Positions 1 through 11,285 of a DNA stretch of 64,000 nt are shown here, in pieces. Where the stretch lies: assembly GCA_004431415.1 (NCBI GenBank), contig QPMI01000425.1, positions 55,262 through 119,261 of the forward strand, read 5' to 3'. The notes under the pieces were generated by a model, which had not been told where the DNA came from, ran no database searches, and saw only the letters and a program-made list of their open reading frames with translations. Made by a program: the position numbers and the translations under genes. The stretch is from Cyanophora paradoxa CCMP329. Its lineage: Eukaryota; Plantae; Glaucophyta. Every line of letters starts with the position of its first letter. Positions within the stretch are counted from its first letter, which is position 1.

Positions 1-3000
1 AGGAGATTAATTATATAATATTGTTGGGAAGGAGGGCCGGGAGGGGCGAGGTTCTCGCGGCCAGGCGCATGCACAGAGCTTGCGAATCGCTTAAACAGAA
101 TCTCGAATGCATATAGCATCGATGTGCAGGGCTGCGGAGGCGAGGGCGCGCAGAAATATGTGCAGGCCTGTCCAGGATCGAAAATTTGGCGTCGGCTGGC
201 TTTTCGTGCTTTGTCGCGGCAACAGAGGTCGCGGAAGGCTTCGTTTAGATCTCAAATGAATACTGTAGCGATGGGCATGCGTGGGGATGCGAGGGCGCGC
301 GGAAAGCTGTGCAGGTCCGTCCAGGATCGAATTTTCGGGGTGGGCTGGGTCCTCGCGGCCCGGCGCATACGCAAAGCGTGCGGAAGGCTTGATCTACATC
401 TCAGACGCTTATACTATTGTTCCGTGCATGCGCCGCGGCGCGGGCGCGCGGAAAGCTGTGCAGGCCCGTTCAGGATCGAATTTTTGCGTCGGCTGGGTTC
501 TCGTGCGCTGTCGCGCCTGCAGAGCTTGCGAAAAGCTTTAAAAAGAAGTCAACTGAAAATTGTAGCGATGCGCTCGCGTGAGGATGCGAGGGCGCGCGGA
601 AAGTTGTGCAGGTCCGTCCAGGATCGAATTTTCGGGGTCGGCTGGGTCCTCGCGGCCCGGCGCATTTAGAGACCGTGCGGAAGTCTTCTTCTACATCTCA
701 AATGCTTATACTATTGATGCGCGCATGCGCCGCGGCGTGGGCGCGCGGAAAGATCTCCGGGGCTGTGCAGGATCGAATTTTTGCCGTCAGGCACCTTTCT
801 GCGCTGTTCCGGCTCCGAAAAGCGGATATTTGGAGTGCGCAGGCCCTGCTATGTCTATGCGCACCAGTACGCCTCGAATGCGCGCGTCGCGGGACCGGGC
901 GGAACCGGCCGGATCAAAATTTCGGCCGACTCTTCGCAATGGAGCGTCGACGGCGCCCGAAATCGAGCTTGCGGCGATGCGCTCGCCCTCGCGCGTCATT
1001 CTGTATCGTTCTGGGGCGTCCCTGGCGCAGTTTCGTCGCGGGACCGGGCGGGACCGGGTCCCACTTTCTGACCCGGACTGCGTTTGTCGGAGGTTAAGTA
1101 CCGGAATTGATCCGGAGGGAAATTCGATTTTCGCGGGACGCCTACGGGGGAGCGGTCGTCTTAGGGGAGCTAGGACGCTAAAAATGGATCTAGAGGGGTC
1201 TGTGGCGGTTCGGGCAGCTGTGTAATGTCCATCAATCGCGTCCGTGTCGAGGCAGAATTAATAATTCTGCTTCGAGGGAGTGCGACACGGAAATTATTTA
1301 GCAGGGGGGATCTCGAGTGGAAAAAAAGGTTAAAAAAGGAATTTCGGTCGGCGGTTTTTGGGTTTGAGACAAGATCCGTGCTCCTGCGGAGCACTAAGTA
1401 CGGCGAAGCCTCGCGGACGCCCTCGCGGCTGTCACAGTAGGCGGGCAGCTGCAGCCCCGCCCAGTTGCATGGCCGGGCTTCAAAAGTTTCGCCGGCTTGG
1501 CACTGGGGCAATGGGCTGGCCCGCTATAGCCAGCTCGAGGGAGAGCTCGCTGGCCAGGGAGCAATGTAATGAGGAGAGCGAATATATAATGAACTAGGGG
1601 AGGAGTTGAACCGGTAACTCTTGCTTTTAACTGGTGGAGCAGATTGATAGGAGATTTATTTAATATTAATGTATTGTTGGGGGGGAGGCCCGGGAGGGGC
1701 GAGGTTCTCGCGGCCAGGCGCATGCACAGAGCTTGCGAATCGCTTAAACACAATCTCGAATGCATATAGCATCGATGTGCGGGGCTGCGGAGGCGAGGGC
1801 GCGCGGAAAGACGTGCAGGTCCATGCAGGATCGAATTTTCGGGGTCGGCTGAATTCTCGCGCCCTGTCGCGCCCTTGGGGCTTGCATTACGCTTTGAAAA
1901 GCTCTCAAATGAATATTATAGCGATGCCCATGCATGAGGACGCGAGGGCGCGCGGAACGCGGTTCAGTTCCCTCAAGGATCGAATTTTCGGGGTCGGCTG
2001 GGTCCCCGCGGCCCGGCGCATCTGCAAAGCGCGCGGAACGCTTGATCTACATCTCAAATGCTTATGCTATTGTTCCGCGCATGCGCCGTGGCGTGGGCGC
2101 GCGGAAAGATGTCCAGGCGTGTGCAGGATCGAATTTTTGCCGTCGGCTGGGTTCTCGTGCTCTTTCGCGTCTTCAAAGCTTGTGGAAAACTTTGATAAAA
2201 TCTCAAATGAATATTGCGACGATGCGCATGCGCGAGAATGCGAGGGCGCGCGGAAAGATGTTCAGGTCTGTCAAGGATCGAATTTTCGGGGTCGGCTGGG
2301 TGCTCGTGACCTGGTGCATTTAGACACCGTGCGGAAGTCTTTCTCTACATCTTAAATGGTTATGCTATCGTTCCGCGAAGATCCGTGCTCCTGCGGAGCA
2401 CTAAGTACGGCGAAGCCTCGCGGACGCTCTCGCGGCTGTCACAGTAGGCCTTGGCAGCCTAGGCCTAGCGCACTGGCCAGCGCGCTGCCCGGCCAAATGG
2501 CTGGCTGGAATTCGAAGCTGGCGGCCGGGCCATATATATGCATGCTGGCTCGCTAGCTATATATATAGCCAGAGGGCTGGGGGACGAACCTGGCTGGCCA
2601 GAGAGGAATGTAATGATCGAGGAGCTAGAGGGAATTTATAATTAGGGGAGGAGTTGGACGTACTGGCTTGCTTTTAACTGGTGGAGCATATTGAGAGGAG
2701 ATTTTATGTATTGGCTTGTGCACGTGGGGGGGGTGGGAGCCCGAGGATCCGGAGGGGCGAGGTTCTTGCAGCCAGGCGCATGCGCAGAGCTTGCCAATCG
2801 CTTAAAAAGAATCTCGCATGCATATAGTACCAATGTGCAGGGTTGCGGAGGCGAGGGCGCGAGGAAAGACGTGCAGGTCCATGCAGGATCGAATTTTCAG
2901 GGTCGGCTGGATTCTCGCGCCCTGTCGCGTTGTCGGGGGTCGCAAAAAGCTTAACGAAGATGTCAAATTACTATTGTAGCGATGCGCACGCGCGAGGATG

Positions 3001-6000
3001 CGAGGGCGCGCGGAAAGGTCTGCAGGTCTGTAGAGGATCGAATTTTCGGGGTGGGCTGGGTCCTCGCGGCCCGGCGCAGCTATAAAGCGTGCGGAAGGCT
3101 TCTTCTACATCTCAAATGCTTATGCTATTGTTCCGCGCATGCGCCGCGGCATGAGTGCGCGGAAAGATGTCCAGGCCGGTGCAGGATCAAATTTTTGCCG
3201 TCGGGTACCTTCGTGCGCTGTTCGGCATCCGAAAAGCGGATTTCGTGGGTGCGCAGGCCCTGCTATGTCTATGCGCGCCAGTGTGCATCGATTGCGCGCG
3301 TCGCGGGACCGGGTGGGACCGGCCGGATCAAATTTTCGGCCGACTCTTCGCACTGGAGCGTCGACGGCGCCCGAAATCGAGCTTGCGGCGATGCGCTCGC
3401 CCTCGCGCGTCATTCTGTATCGGTCTGGGGCGTCCCTGGCGCGGTTTCGTCGCGGGACCGCGGAAAGGTCTGCAGGTCTGTAGAGGATCGAATTTTCGGG
3501 GTCGGCTAGGTCCTCGCGGCCTGGTGCATTTATAAAGCGTGCGGAAGTCTTCTTGTACATCTTAAATGCTTATGCTATCGTTCCGCGCGTGCGCCGCGGC
3601 GCGGGCGCGCGGAAAGATGTCCGGGCCTGTGCAGGATCGAATTTTTGCTGTCGGGTACCTTCCTGCGCTGTTCGGCCTCTGAAAAGCGGATTTCGGGGGT
3701 GCGCAGGCCCTGCTATTTCTATGCGCGCTCGTACGCATCGTTTGTGCGCTTCGCGGGACCGGCCGGAACCGGCCGGATCAAATTTTCGGGCGACTGTTCG
3801 CACTGGAGCGTCGAGGGCGCCCGAAATCGAGCTTGCGGCGATGCGCTCGCCCTCGCGCGTCATTCTGTATCGCTCTGGGGCGTCCCTGGCGCGATTTCGT
3901 CGCGGGACCGGGCGGGACCGGGTCCCACCTTCTGACTCGGACTGCATTTGTCGGAGGTTAAGTACCGGAATTGATCCAGAGGGAAATTCGATTTTCGCGG
4001 GACGCCCACGGGGGAGCGGTCGTCTTAGGGGAGCCAGGACGCTAAAAATGGATCTAGAGAGGTCTGTGGGGGTTCGGGTGGGTGTGTGACTAGCGGCAAT
4101 CGCGTCCGTGTCGAGGCAGAATTATTAATTCTGCCTCGAGGGAGTGCGACACGGAAATTATTTAGCAGGGGGGATCTCGAGTGGAAAAAAAGGTTAAAAA
4201 AGGAATTTAGATCGTCGGTTTTTGGGTTTGAGACAAGATCCGTGCTCCTGCGGAGCACTAAGTACGGCGAAGCCTCGCGGACGCCCTCGCCGCTGTTACA
4301 GTAGGCCTATATATATAGGGCACTCAGCGACTGGCCAGCGGCCTGGCCGATCGCGAACAGCTTTCTGCAGCTGGCTGGAAGCTGGCTGGCTGACGGCCAG
4401 TCCAGCTAGCGCTGGCCGGCTAGAGGAATATTAATTTACTGAGGAACTAAAGGGTGGAGCAGATTGAGAAGAGATTAATTATAATATTGTTGGGAAGGAG
4501 GCCCGGGAGGGGCGAGGTTCTCGCGGCCAGGCGCATGCACAGAGCTTGCGAATCGCTTAAACAGAATCTCGCGATCGAATGTATATAGCATCGATGTGCG
4601 GGGCTGCGGAGGCGAGGGCGCGCGGAAAGACGTGCAGGTCCATGCAGGATCGAATTTTCGGGGTCGGCTGGATTCTCGCGCCCTGTCGCGTCCTCGGAGC
4701 TCGCGAAAAGCTTAACAAAGATCTCAAATTACTATTGTAGCGATGCGCACGCGCGAGGATGCGAGGGCGCGCGGAAAGCTGTGCAGGTCCGTATACGTAC
4801 AGGATCGAATTTTCGGGGTCGGCTGGGTCCTCGCGGCTCGGCGCATACGCAAAGCGTGCGGAAGTCTTTGCCTACATCTCAAATGCTTATGCTATTGTTC
4901 CGCGCATGCGCCGCGGCGTGGGCGCGCGGAAAGATGTCCGGGTCCGTGCAGGATCGAATTTTTGCCGTCGGCTGGGTTCTCGTGCTCTTTCGCGTCTTCG
5001 AAGCTTGTGGAAGGCTTTGATAAAATCTCAAATGAATATTGTAGCGATGCGCATGCGCGAGAATGCGAGGGCGTGCGGAAAGATGTTCAGGTCCGTACAG
5101 GATCGAATTTTCGGGGTCGGCTGGGTCCTCGCGGCCTGGTGCATTTAGAGACCGTGCGGAAGTCTTCTTCTACATCTAAAATGCATATGCTATCGTTCCG
5201 CGCATGCGCCGCGGCGTGGGCGCGCGGAAAGATCTCCGGGCCTGTCTAGGATCGAATTCTTGCCGTCGGGTATGTCCAGGATCGAATTTTTGCGTCGGCT
5301 GGGTTCTCGTGCCCTGTCGCGCCTGCAGAGCTTGCGAAAAGCTTTAAAAAGGAGTCAACTGAAAATTGTAGCGATGCGCTCGCGTGAGGATGCGAGGGCG
5401 CGCGGAAAGTTGTGCAGGTCCGTCCAGGATCGAATTTCCGGGGTCGGCTGGGTCCTCGCGGCCCGGCGCATTTAGAGACCGTGCGGAAGGCTTCTTCTAC
5501 ATCTCAAATGCTTATGCTATCGTTCCGCGCATGCGCCGCGGCGCGGGCGCGCGGAAAGATCTCCGGGCCTGTCTAGGATCGAATTTTTGCCGTCGGGTAC
5601 CTTCCTGCGCTCTTCCGGCTCCGAAAAGCGGATTTCGGGGGTGCGCAGGCGCTGCTATGTCTATGCGCGCCCGTACGCATCGATTGCGCGCGTCGCGGGA
5701 CCGGCCGGAACCGGCCGGATCAAATTTTCGGCCGACTCTTCGCACTGGAGCGTCGACGGCGCGCGAAATCGGGTTTGCGGCGATGCGCTCGCCCTCGCGC
5801 GTCATTCTGTATCGTTCTGGGGCGTTCCTGGCGCGATTTTGTCGCGGGACCGGGCGGGACCGGGTCCCACCTTCTGACTCGGACTGGATTTGTCGGAGGT
5901 TAAGAACCGGAATTGATCCAGAGGAATATTCGATATTCGCGCGACGCCCACGGGAGAGCGGTCGTCTTAGGGGAGCCAGGACGCTAAAATTGGCTCTAGA

Positions 6001-6175
6001 GAGGTCTGTGGGGGTTCGGGTGGCTGTGTGACTAGCAGCAATCGCGTCTGTGTCGAGGCAAAATTAATAATTCTGCCTCGAGGGAGTGCGACACGGAAAT
6101 TATTTAGCAGGGGGGATCTCGAGTGGAAAAAAAGGTTAAAAAAGGAATTTAGATCGTCGGTTTTTGGGTTTGAGA
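1..6175 (-). repeat. Higher-order tandem array (4 units, left end outside the window) with ~149-bp internal subrepeats; possible non-autonomous Helitron-like element array
   Basis: Anchor GGATCGAA recurs at 175, 324, 473, 621 and 770 (148-149-bp period) and throughout the array. Unit junction module AAGATCCGTGCTCCTGCGGAGCAC...CAGTAGG at 1371, 2378 and 4235. Terminal module ending TTTTTGGGTTTGAGA at ~1369, ~4233 and 6175. The repeat is certain; the Helitron interpretation is inference. Confidence 0.85.
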
Positions 6176-6255
6176 AAGAGGCTTCGCCTGAAAGAGGCTT
6201 CGCCTGAAAGAGGCTTCGCCTGAAAGAGGCTTCGCCTGAAAGAGGCTTCGCCTGA
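6174..6255. repeat. 5 x 16-bp tandem repeat GAAAGAGGCTTCGCCT
   Basis: Read directly; each unit contains the AGGC-TTC-GCCT hairpin (AGGCGAAGCCT on the minus strand). Confidence 0.95.
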
Positions 6256-7690
6256 CCATTACAACCTCACTGTGATTGGTCGAACATCGAAAACCACATA
6301 AAAAACTACTTTGTGGCATGCTATATGTTTTCGGACTCGCCGTGATGTGATGACCCCGAATATGTCGGTGACGCCGGTGTATACATGTATATGCTGTTTT
6401 TTTCGTTTTTTTGAGTTGTAATTTTTTGGGTTGTAATGTTTTTGGGTTGTAATGTTTTTGGGTTGTAATTTTTTAAACCATTACAACCTCACAGTGATTG
6501 GTCGAACATCGAAAACCACATAAAAAACTACTTTGTGGCATGCTATATGTTTTCGGACTCGCCGTGATGTGATGACCCCGAATATGTCGGTGACGCCGGT
6601 ATATATATGTATATGTCGTCATATGCAAAAAAAACAAAACAAAAACAAAAAAATTCAAAGTTTGGCGGGATCACACACACGGAGGTTCGGACATATATAC
6701 GAAATATATACATGACTGAATTGTTATTTTTCATAGAACTCGCATGTAGTTTGCATGTATCTTGCATAGTGGGCGGGGCGCGAGTGTATTTTAACGTGGT
6801 CTATCGTCGTACTTTGTCGTAAATATGCTAATCGTACATTTCGATTCGTACATTTCGATTGAAGTCGCAAGTTTGTGCAGGTGGGCATTTTCGGCATGCT
6901 TGCTCATGCACAAACTTGCTTTAAAAAATATAAATCTCATTTTAAAATCATAAATTAGCTCGTCCGAGTCTCACTATAACACTGTCGGCATTTATAGTAG
7001 AGACCATCCTTCGTACTTTGCTTTTTATTATACTCGCTTGCAGGCTTCTCAATCTTGCAATCCGGGCATATCTTCGATTGTACTTCGATTTTCGGACGCG
7101 TTTTTAAGACATTGTGATAGTGATCATTTTGATAGTCACGGTGGCACTCTATGCATCTCCAATATAATGTTATATTTCCCGACTTGCACTTGCGCAAAGG
7201 GAACCACGATGCAGGCTTGACCTCTTTGCACACATTGCACAGTTTACTTTTAGGTAAGGGGAGCTGATTACCCGGCATCTTTATACTTGTATAGTGGGAA
7301 ATCTTTAAGTGGGGATATACGCACTATATAAGTTAATTTAACCTATCGGTGGGGCTCACCTTGATTTTTCAAATTGGACTACTGAAAACAGTTCGACAAG
7401 GATCAGGAACATTACGCAAAAAATAGGGTCTTACTGTCCTTACTGAGAGATCGGAAGGCGGAATAAAGGCTTACTGAAAATGGTAAGGGATTAGAGAGAA
7501 GATTATATGTAGGTTTTTGTGATTGGTTTCAGTAAGGAGGAGTTAGATGTTTGAAAAATACAGTGCTAATTTATGATTTGTTACTGAGCCTTACTGAGAA
7601 ATTTGAAAATGGATAATGGGCTTACTGAGAATGGTAGTGGGGAAAGAAAGAAGAGGGCGCGCAATTGGTGGGGCTTACCTGCAAGCGAGC
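6176..7690 (-). mobile_element. Left end (TIR plus sub-terminal region) of a sibling of element A, inverted and interrupted by the 1-6175 array
   Basis: The reverse complement of 6490-7690 aligns by eye with 8876-10005. Terminus GCTCGCTTGCAGGTAAGCCCCACCAATTGCGCGC versus GCTCGCTCCAAGGTAGACCCCACCAATTGCGCGC in element A. Carries the same Zn-ribbon gene. 6255-6378 is duplicated at 6477-6600. Confidence 0.85.
6955..7278 (-). CDS. TIR-encoded tandem Zn-ribbon (CxxC...CxxC x2) protein, sibling allele
   Basis: KxCxxCKxxKPAS...CxxC twice; clearly homologous to 9268..9591. Confidence 0.75.
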   Translation of the reverse strand: MPGNQLPLPKSKLCNVCKEVKPASWFPLRKCKSGNITLYWRCIECHRDYQNDHYHNVLKTRPKIEVQSKICPDCKIEKPASEYNKKQSTKDGLYYKCRQCYSETRTS

Positions 7691-8212
7691 CAGATGCGGA
7701 GGTGGACGACGAGGAGGAGGAAGAGAATTGAACGGACCGACTCATGGCTCTGCATCTAATTCATAGATTCCATATATTCATTCATAGTTTGAACATTTGT
7801 CATGTATAGCACAATGGCGGGAGGGTAGTAACCGGGTAGCATTATATATATATAGGTTTTCGTAGGTCATTTCGCTTCGCATACGAGATAAAGAGTGTAA
7901 ATCAATTTCTTATAAAGTATCACGCAACGATGGCATACGAATCAACCGCACCGGGGCGCGGTTGGCTAGGGCGGGAAGCTGGGCGACCGCGGGCCGGGGC
8001 GCTGGAGCTCCGAGGGCGTGCTCCTGGTAGCGGACGCTAGATGGCAGGGCCAAAGCACTGGAAGAGGGCCCGGAATGCGTCGGTAAAATATTCTCACGTG
8101 CTGCATCCCTACGAAGCATGATGCACGCGACGTACACTGCGAGCACCCCTATGCTTGGTGCGCGCTTTCGATTGCGTACCCGGCCAGTCCGTGCATCTGA
8201 TCCGCGTCAACT

Positions 8213-8772
8213 ATGGCGCGTGTGAAGGTGACGCCGAAGAAATCCGATCAACGGATGGCCTCCAAGGCCGCCACCGGGTCCCGTGGTCCGCGCAGGGCCA
8301 AGACGGGAACGAAGAGTGTCATTCCGGGAAGGAAACCTCACCGTTATCGTCCAGGTGCGAATGCTATCGCCCCATATCGTACCTCGCGGTGCGTGGATGA
8401 TTACCACGTCTGCCCGAACCCGCAGGCACTGTCGCGCTTCGTGAAATCCGCAAATACCAGAAGACGACAGATCTCCTCCTTCGCAAGCTGCCGTTCCAGC
8501 GGCTGGTGCGCGAGATAGCACAGAACTACGGCATGCCGGACAAGCGCTTCCAATCCTCCAGCGTCCTTGCGCTACAGGAAGCCAGCGAGGCGTACCTTAT
8601 CGGCCTTTTCCAGGACGCAAATCTATGCGCTATCCACGCAAAGAGGTGCATTGCGACCTACTGATCATGAATACAACTACACTGCTTACATCTTACAGGC
8701 CCGACGCGCAGGGTGACGCTCATGCCAAAGGATATGCAACTCGCCCGTCGCATCCGAGGCGAGCGCACATAA
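8213..8772 (+). CDS. H3: Divergent histone H3 variant; exons 8213-8354, 8426-8645, 8712-8772
   Basis: Spliced product [11 protein letters not shown]...[40 protein letters not shown]...[48 protein letters not shown] introns at 8355-8425 and 8646-8711 restore the frame. Confidence 0.95.
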
Positions 8773-8875
8773 ATCGTACGATTTCCAGGACGTGAGGTGT
8801 GCTCCGACAACTCCGGTGTAATCCAATTCATGATAGAGTATGTTTAACGCTTCACGAGATTATGTTGCACGTACA

Positions 8876-9742
8876 GCTCGCTCCAAGGTAGACCCCACCA
8901 ATTGCGCGCGACCATTTTCAATAAGCACATTTACAGCATCACGAATCTCAGTCACAAAATCACAAATTCGCACTGAGCCACACTACATTTTTCAAACATC
9001 TAACCTCTCCTTACTGAAACCAATCACAAAAACCTACACATAATCTTCTCTCTAATCCCTTACCATTTTCAGTAAGCCCTAAAACCCTCTCTCGATTTCT
9101 CAGTAAGGACAGTAAGACCCTTATTTTTACGAAATGTTCCCGATCGTTTCCAAACTGTTTACAGTTACCCAAATTGAAAAATCAAGGTGAGCCCCACCGA
9201 TAGCTCAAATCAACATATAAAATGCGTTGATCCCCACTTAAAGGTTTCCCGCTATTTAGCTATAAAGATGCCGAGCAATCAACTCCCACTACCCAAAAGG
9301 AAGCAATGCACTATCTGCAAAGTAGATAGACCTGCATCGTGTTTTAGTTTGCGTAAATTAAAAACTGGTAATGTCGCATTGACTCCAAGATGCATCGAAT
9401 GCGACCGCGACTATCACCTTGACCTGTATCACAATGTCTTAAAAACGCGTCCGAAAATCGAAGTGCAATCGAAGATATGCTCGCACTGCAAGATTGAGAA
9501 GCCTGCAAGCGAGTATAATAAAAAACAAAGCACAAAGGATGGTCTCTACTATCAATGCCGAGAGTGTTATAGCAAAACTCGTAAGAGTTAAACCGAATTT
9601 CATTTTATATTTTTTAAAGCAAGCTTGTGCATGAGCAAGCATGCCGATAATGCCCACCTGCACACACTCGCGACTTCAATCGAAATGTTCCATTTAATGC
9701 ACTGGAACCACTCGCGCCCCGCCCACTATGCAAGATACATGC
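8876..9742 (+). repeat. Left terminal inverted repeat of element A (867 bp)
   Basis: Reverse complement of 34159-35025; the ORF translations 9187..9591 (+) and 34310..34714 (-) are identical. Confidence 0.95.
9268..9591 (+). CDS. TIR-encoded tandem Zn-ribbon protein (107 aa)
   Basis: ATG at 9268 matches the sibling's start (MPSNQLPLPK vs MPGNQLPLPK); two KxCxxC...CxxC units. Confidence 0.75.
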   Translation: MPSNQLPLPKRKQCTICKVDRPASCFSLRKLKTGNVALTPRCIECDRDYHLDLYHNVLKTRPKIEVQSKICSHCKIEKPASEYNKKQSTKDGLYYQCRECYSKTRKS

Positions 9743-10019
9743 AAACTACATGCGAGTTCTATGAAAACAATAACGATTTAGTCATGTATATATTTCGTAT
9801 ATATGTCCGAACCTCCGTGTGTGTGATCCCGCACAACTTTGAATTTTTTTGTTTTTTGTTTTGTTTTTTTTCGCATATGACGACATATACATATATATAC
9901 CGGCGTCACCGACATATTCGGGGTCATCACATCGCGGCGATTCCGAAAACATATAGCATGCCAGAAAGTAGTTTTTGAAGTGTTTTTCGATGTTCAACCA
10001 ATCGCAAGCAGGGCGAGGA

Positions 10020-10290
10020 GGCTTGTCTAGGCTTGTTGAGGCGGCTTGTCTAGGCTTGTCTAGGCTTGTCTAGGCTTGTCTAGCGGCTTGTAATTGTAAT
10101 TGTAATGCTGACGGCTTGTAATTGTAATATAGCATTCATGAGTGACAGGGGGGATACCTAAAAGGAGACAGTTCTATTCATAAAGGAGACACCGGGGATA
10201 CCATAAAGGAGACACCGGGGATACCGGATAAGAGACAGGTTTCTATTGACAGGTGTCGACAGCTGTCGTTTCTATTGACAGGTGTCACAT
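10020..10290. repeat. Sub-terminal short repeats: (GCTTGTCTAG)n, (TTGTAA)n, AAAGGAGACACCGGGGATACC x2, GTTTCTATTGACAGGTGTC x2
   Basis: Read directly. Confidence 0.8.
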
Positions 10291-10513
10291 GCAAAAAAAA
10301 CCAAACAAAAGGCAAACAAAAAACAAACAAAACAGCAAAACTAACAAAACTCGAAAAACAAACGAAACCGCACCACAAACCGTTAAACGCTTGTATCTCT
10401 TCACCAGCTCATCGCCTCGCAAAACCAAAAATAGCGCCGTGACCGTCTTGACGAGACCAGCACGCACATGTAGATATCATAGGGTCATTAAAATATGTGT
10501 CAAATAATTAATA

Positions 10514-10906
10514 ATGGATTCCCGATACCGCGGCTACCACGTAATGCTTGACTATATAACCGACCCGTTCACCGAGTCTCCGGAGGCATGCGCCGAGTGG
10601 ATCACAGCGAACCTATCGCAATATATCACAGATCGCAATATGCGCATCGTGCACCAGCACACTTGCATTTTCGATGGCTCTATTTCCCCTCCCGGTTTCG
10701 CGATTGGCTTTCTATTAGATGAGTCGCATGCCACAGCTCACTCTTATAGCGACCAGGGGCTATTAGCGATCGATATCTTTACATGCGGCTCAAATGCCGA
10801 AGCAAAGACGATGGGTATAGCACGGGACATTAACGAACTCATACAGGAAAGGCTGAAAGTGCGAAAGTGGGACTTACAGGTCGAGCAAAGGTTCCCAATT
10901 TCATAA
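10514..10906 (+). CDS. speD: S-adenosylmethionine decarboxylase proenzyme, short prokaryote/virus type (pyruvoyl-dependent)
   Basis: GxHxxxD at the N-terminus; LLDESHATAHSY self-cleavage motif (E/S-H); DIFTCG catalytic Cys motif; 130 aa. Confidence 0.88.
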   Translation: MDSRYRGYHVMLDYITDPFTESPEACAEWITANLSQYITDRNMRIVHQHTCIFDGSISPPGFAIGFLLDESHATAHSYSDQGLLAIDIFTCGSNAEAKTMGIARDINELIQERLKVRKWDLQVEQRFPIS

Positions 10907-10931
10907 AAAATGAAAAAAACGACAGATATAT

Positions 10932-11246
10932 TTAATGCTCCTTGATCGGAAACTTGCCCATTAGCGGGTGATCGAGACCCATGACATACCAGCATCGCAT
11001 AACGGGATCCCAGCGGGCTTTCTCAGCCTTCGCTTGATCCTTAAATTCATAAGGAATATCGAGGTAAACCTTCACGTTTCTTTGATACACTTGCTCATAG
11101 CTTAGAGTCTTGAACTGAGAGCATAGAGAGTGATCTTTCTTCGTGACATACCAGCATGAATTCTCACGATCCCACTTTCCACCGAGGGATTTCGCAACGT
11201 CTTTTTTATCAAACGGAATATCAACATAATACTTTTCACCCTCCAT
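10932..11246 (-). CDS. Tandem DUF5710-like protein
   Basis: Two copies of Y(V/L)DIP(F/Y)xxKDxAKxxx(G/A)(K/R)WDxxxxCWYV. Confidence 0.75.
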   Translation of the reverse strand: MEGEKYYVDIPFDKKDVAKSLGGKWDRENSCWYVTKKDHSLCSQFKTLSYEQVYQRNVKVYLDIPYEFKDQAKAEKARWDPVMRCWYVMGLDHPLMGKFPIKEH

Positions 11247-11259
11247 CTCTTTTATATTT

Positions 11260-11279
11260 ACCGGAGAAAATAATTTCGG
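11260..11279 (-). promoter_or_regulatory. Conserved upstream motif (gene-sense CCGAAATTATTTTCTCCGGT); also at 17020-17039, 17589-17601, 18150-18160, 55689-55708 and 56104-56124
   Basis: Identical 20-mer at 11260 and 17020; each copy lies ~8-31 bp upstream of an ATG. Promoter function is inferred. Confidence 0.6.
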
Positions 11280-11285
11280 GGTTTG

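Noticed and set aside
124-6031. Many 100-230 aa ORFs in the left array
   Set aside because: They overlap in several frames, repeat with the DNA units and show no domain motifs; by-products of GC-rich repeats.
6400-6475. TTTTTGGGTTGTAATG repeats as telomere
   Set aside because: Only about three copies of a 16-bp unit, internal to the sibling element's sub-terminal region; not a canonical telomeric tract.
8213-8772. Calling the H3 variant CenH3
   Set aside because: Mixed diagnostics: longer loop 1 and T107 change, but Q68, F84 and KPHRYRPG are retained; needs phylogeny and localisation.
6490-10005. Treating 6490-7690 and 8876-10005 as TIRs of one element carrying H3
   Set aside because: The termini point toward the H3 island from outside, the copies are diverged, and 8876 pairs exactly with 35025 through the CGTACA TSD.
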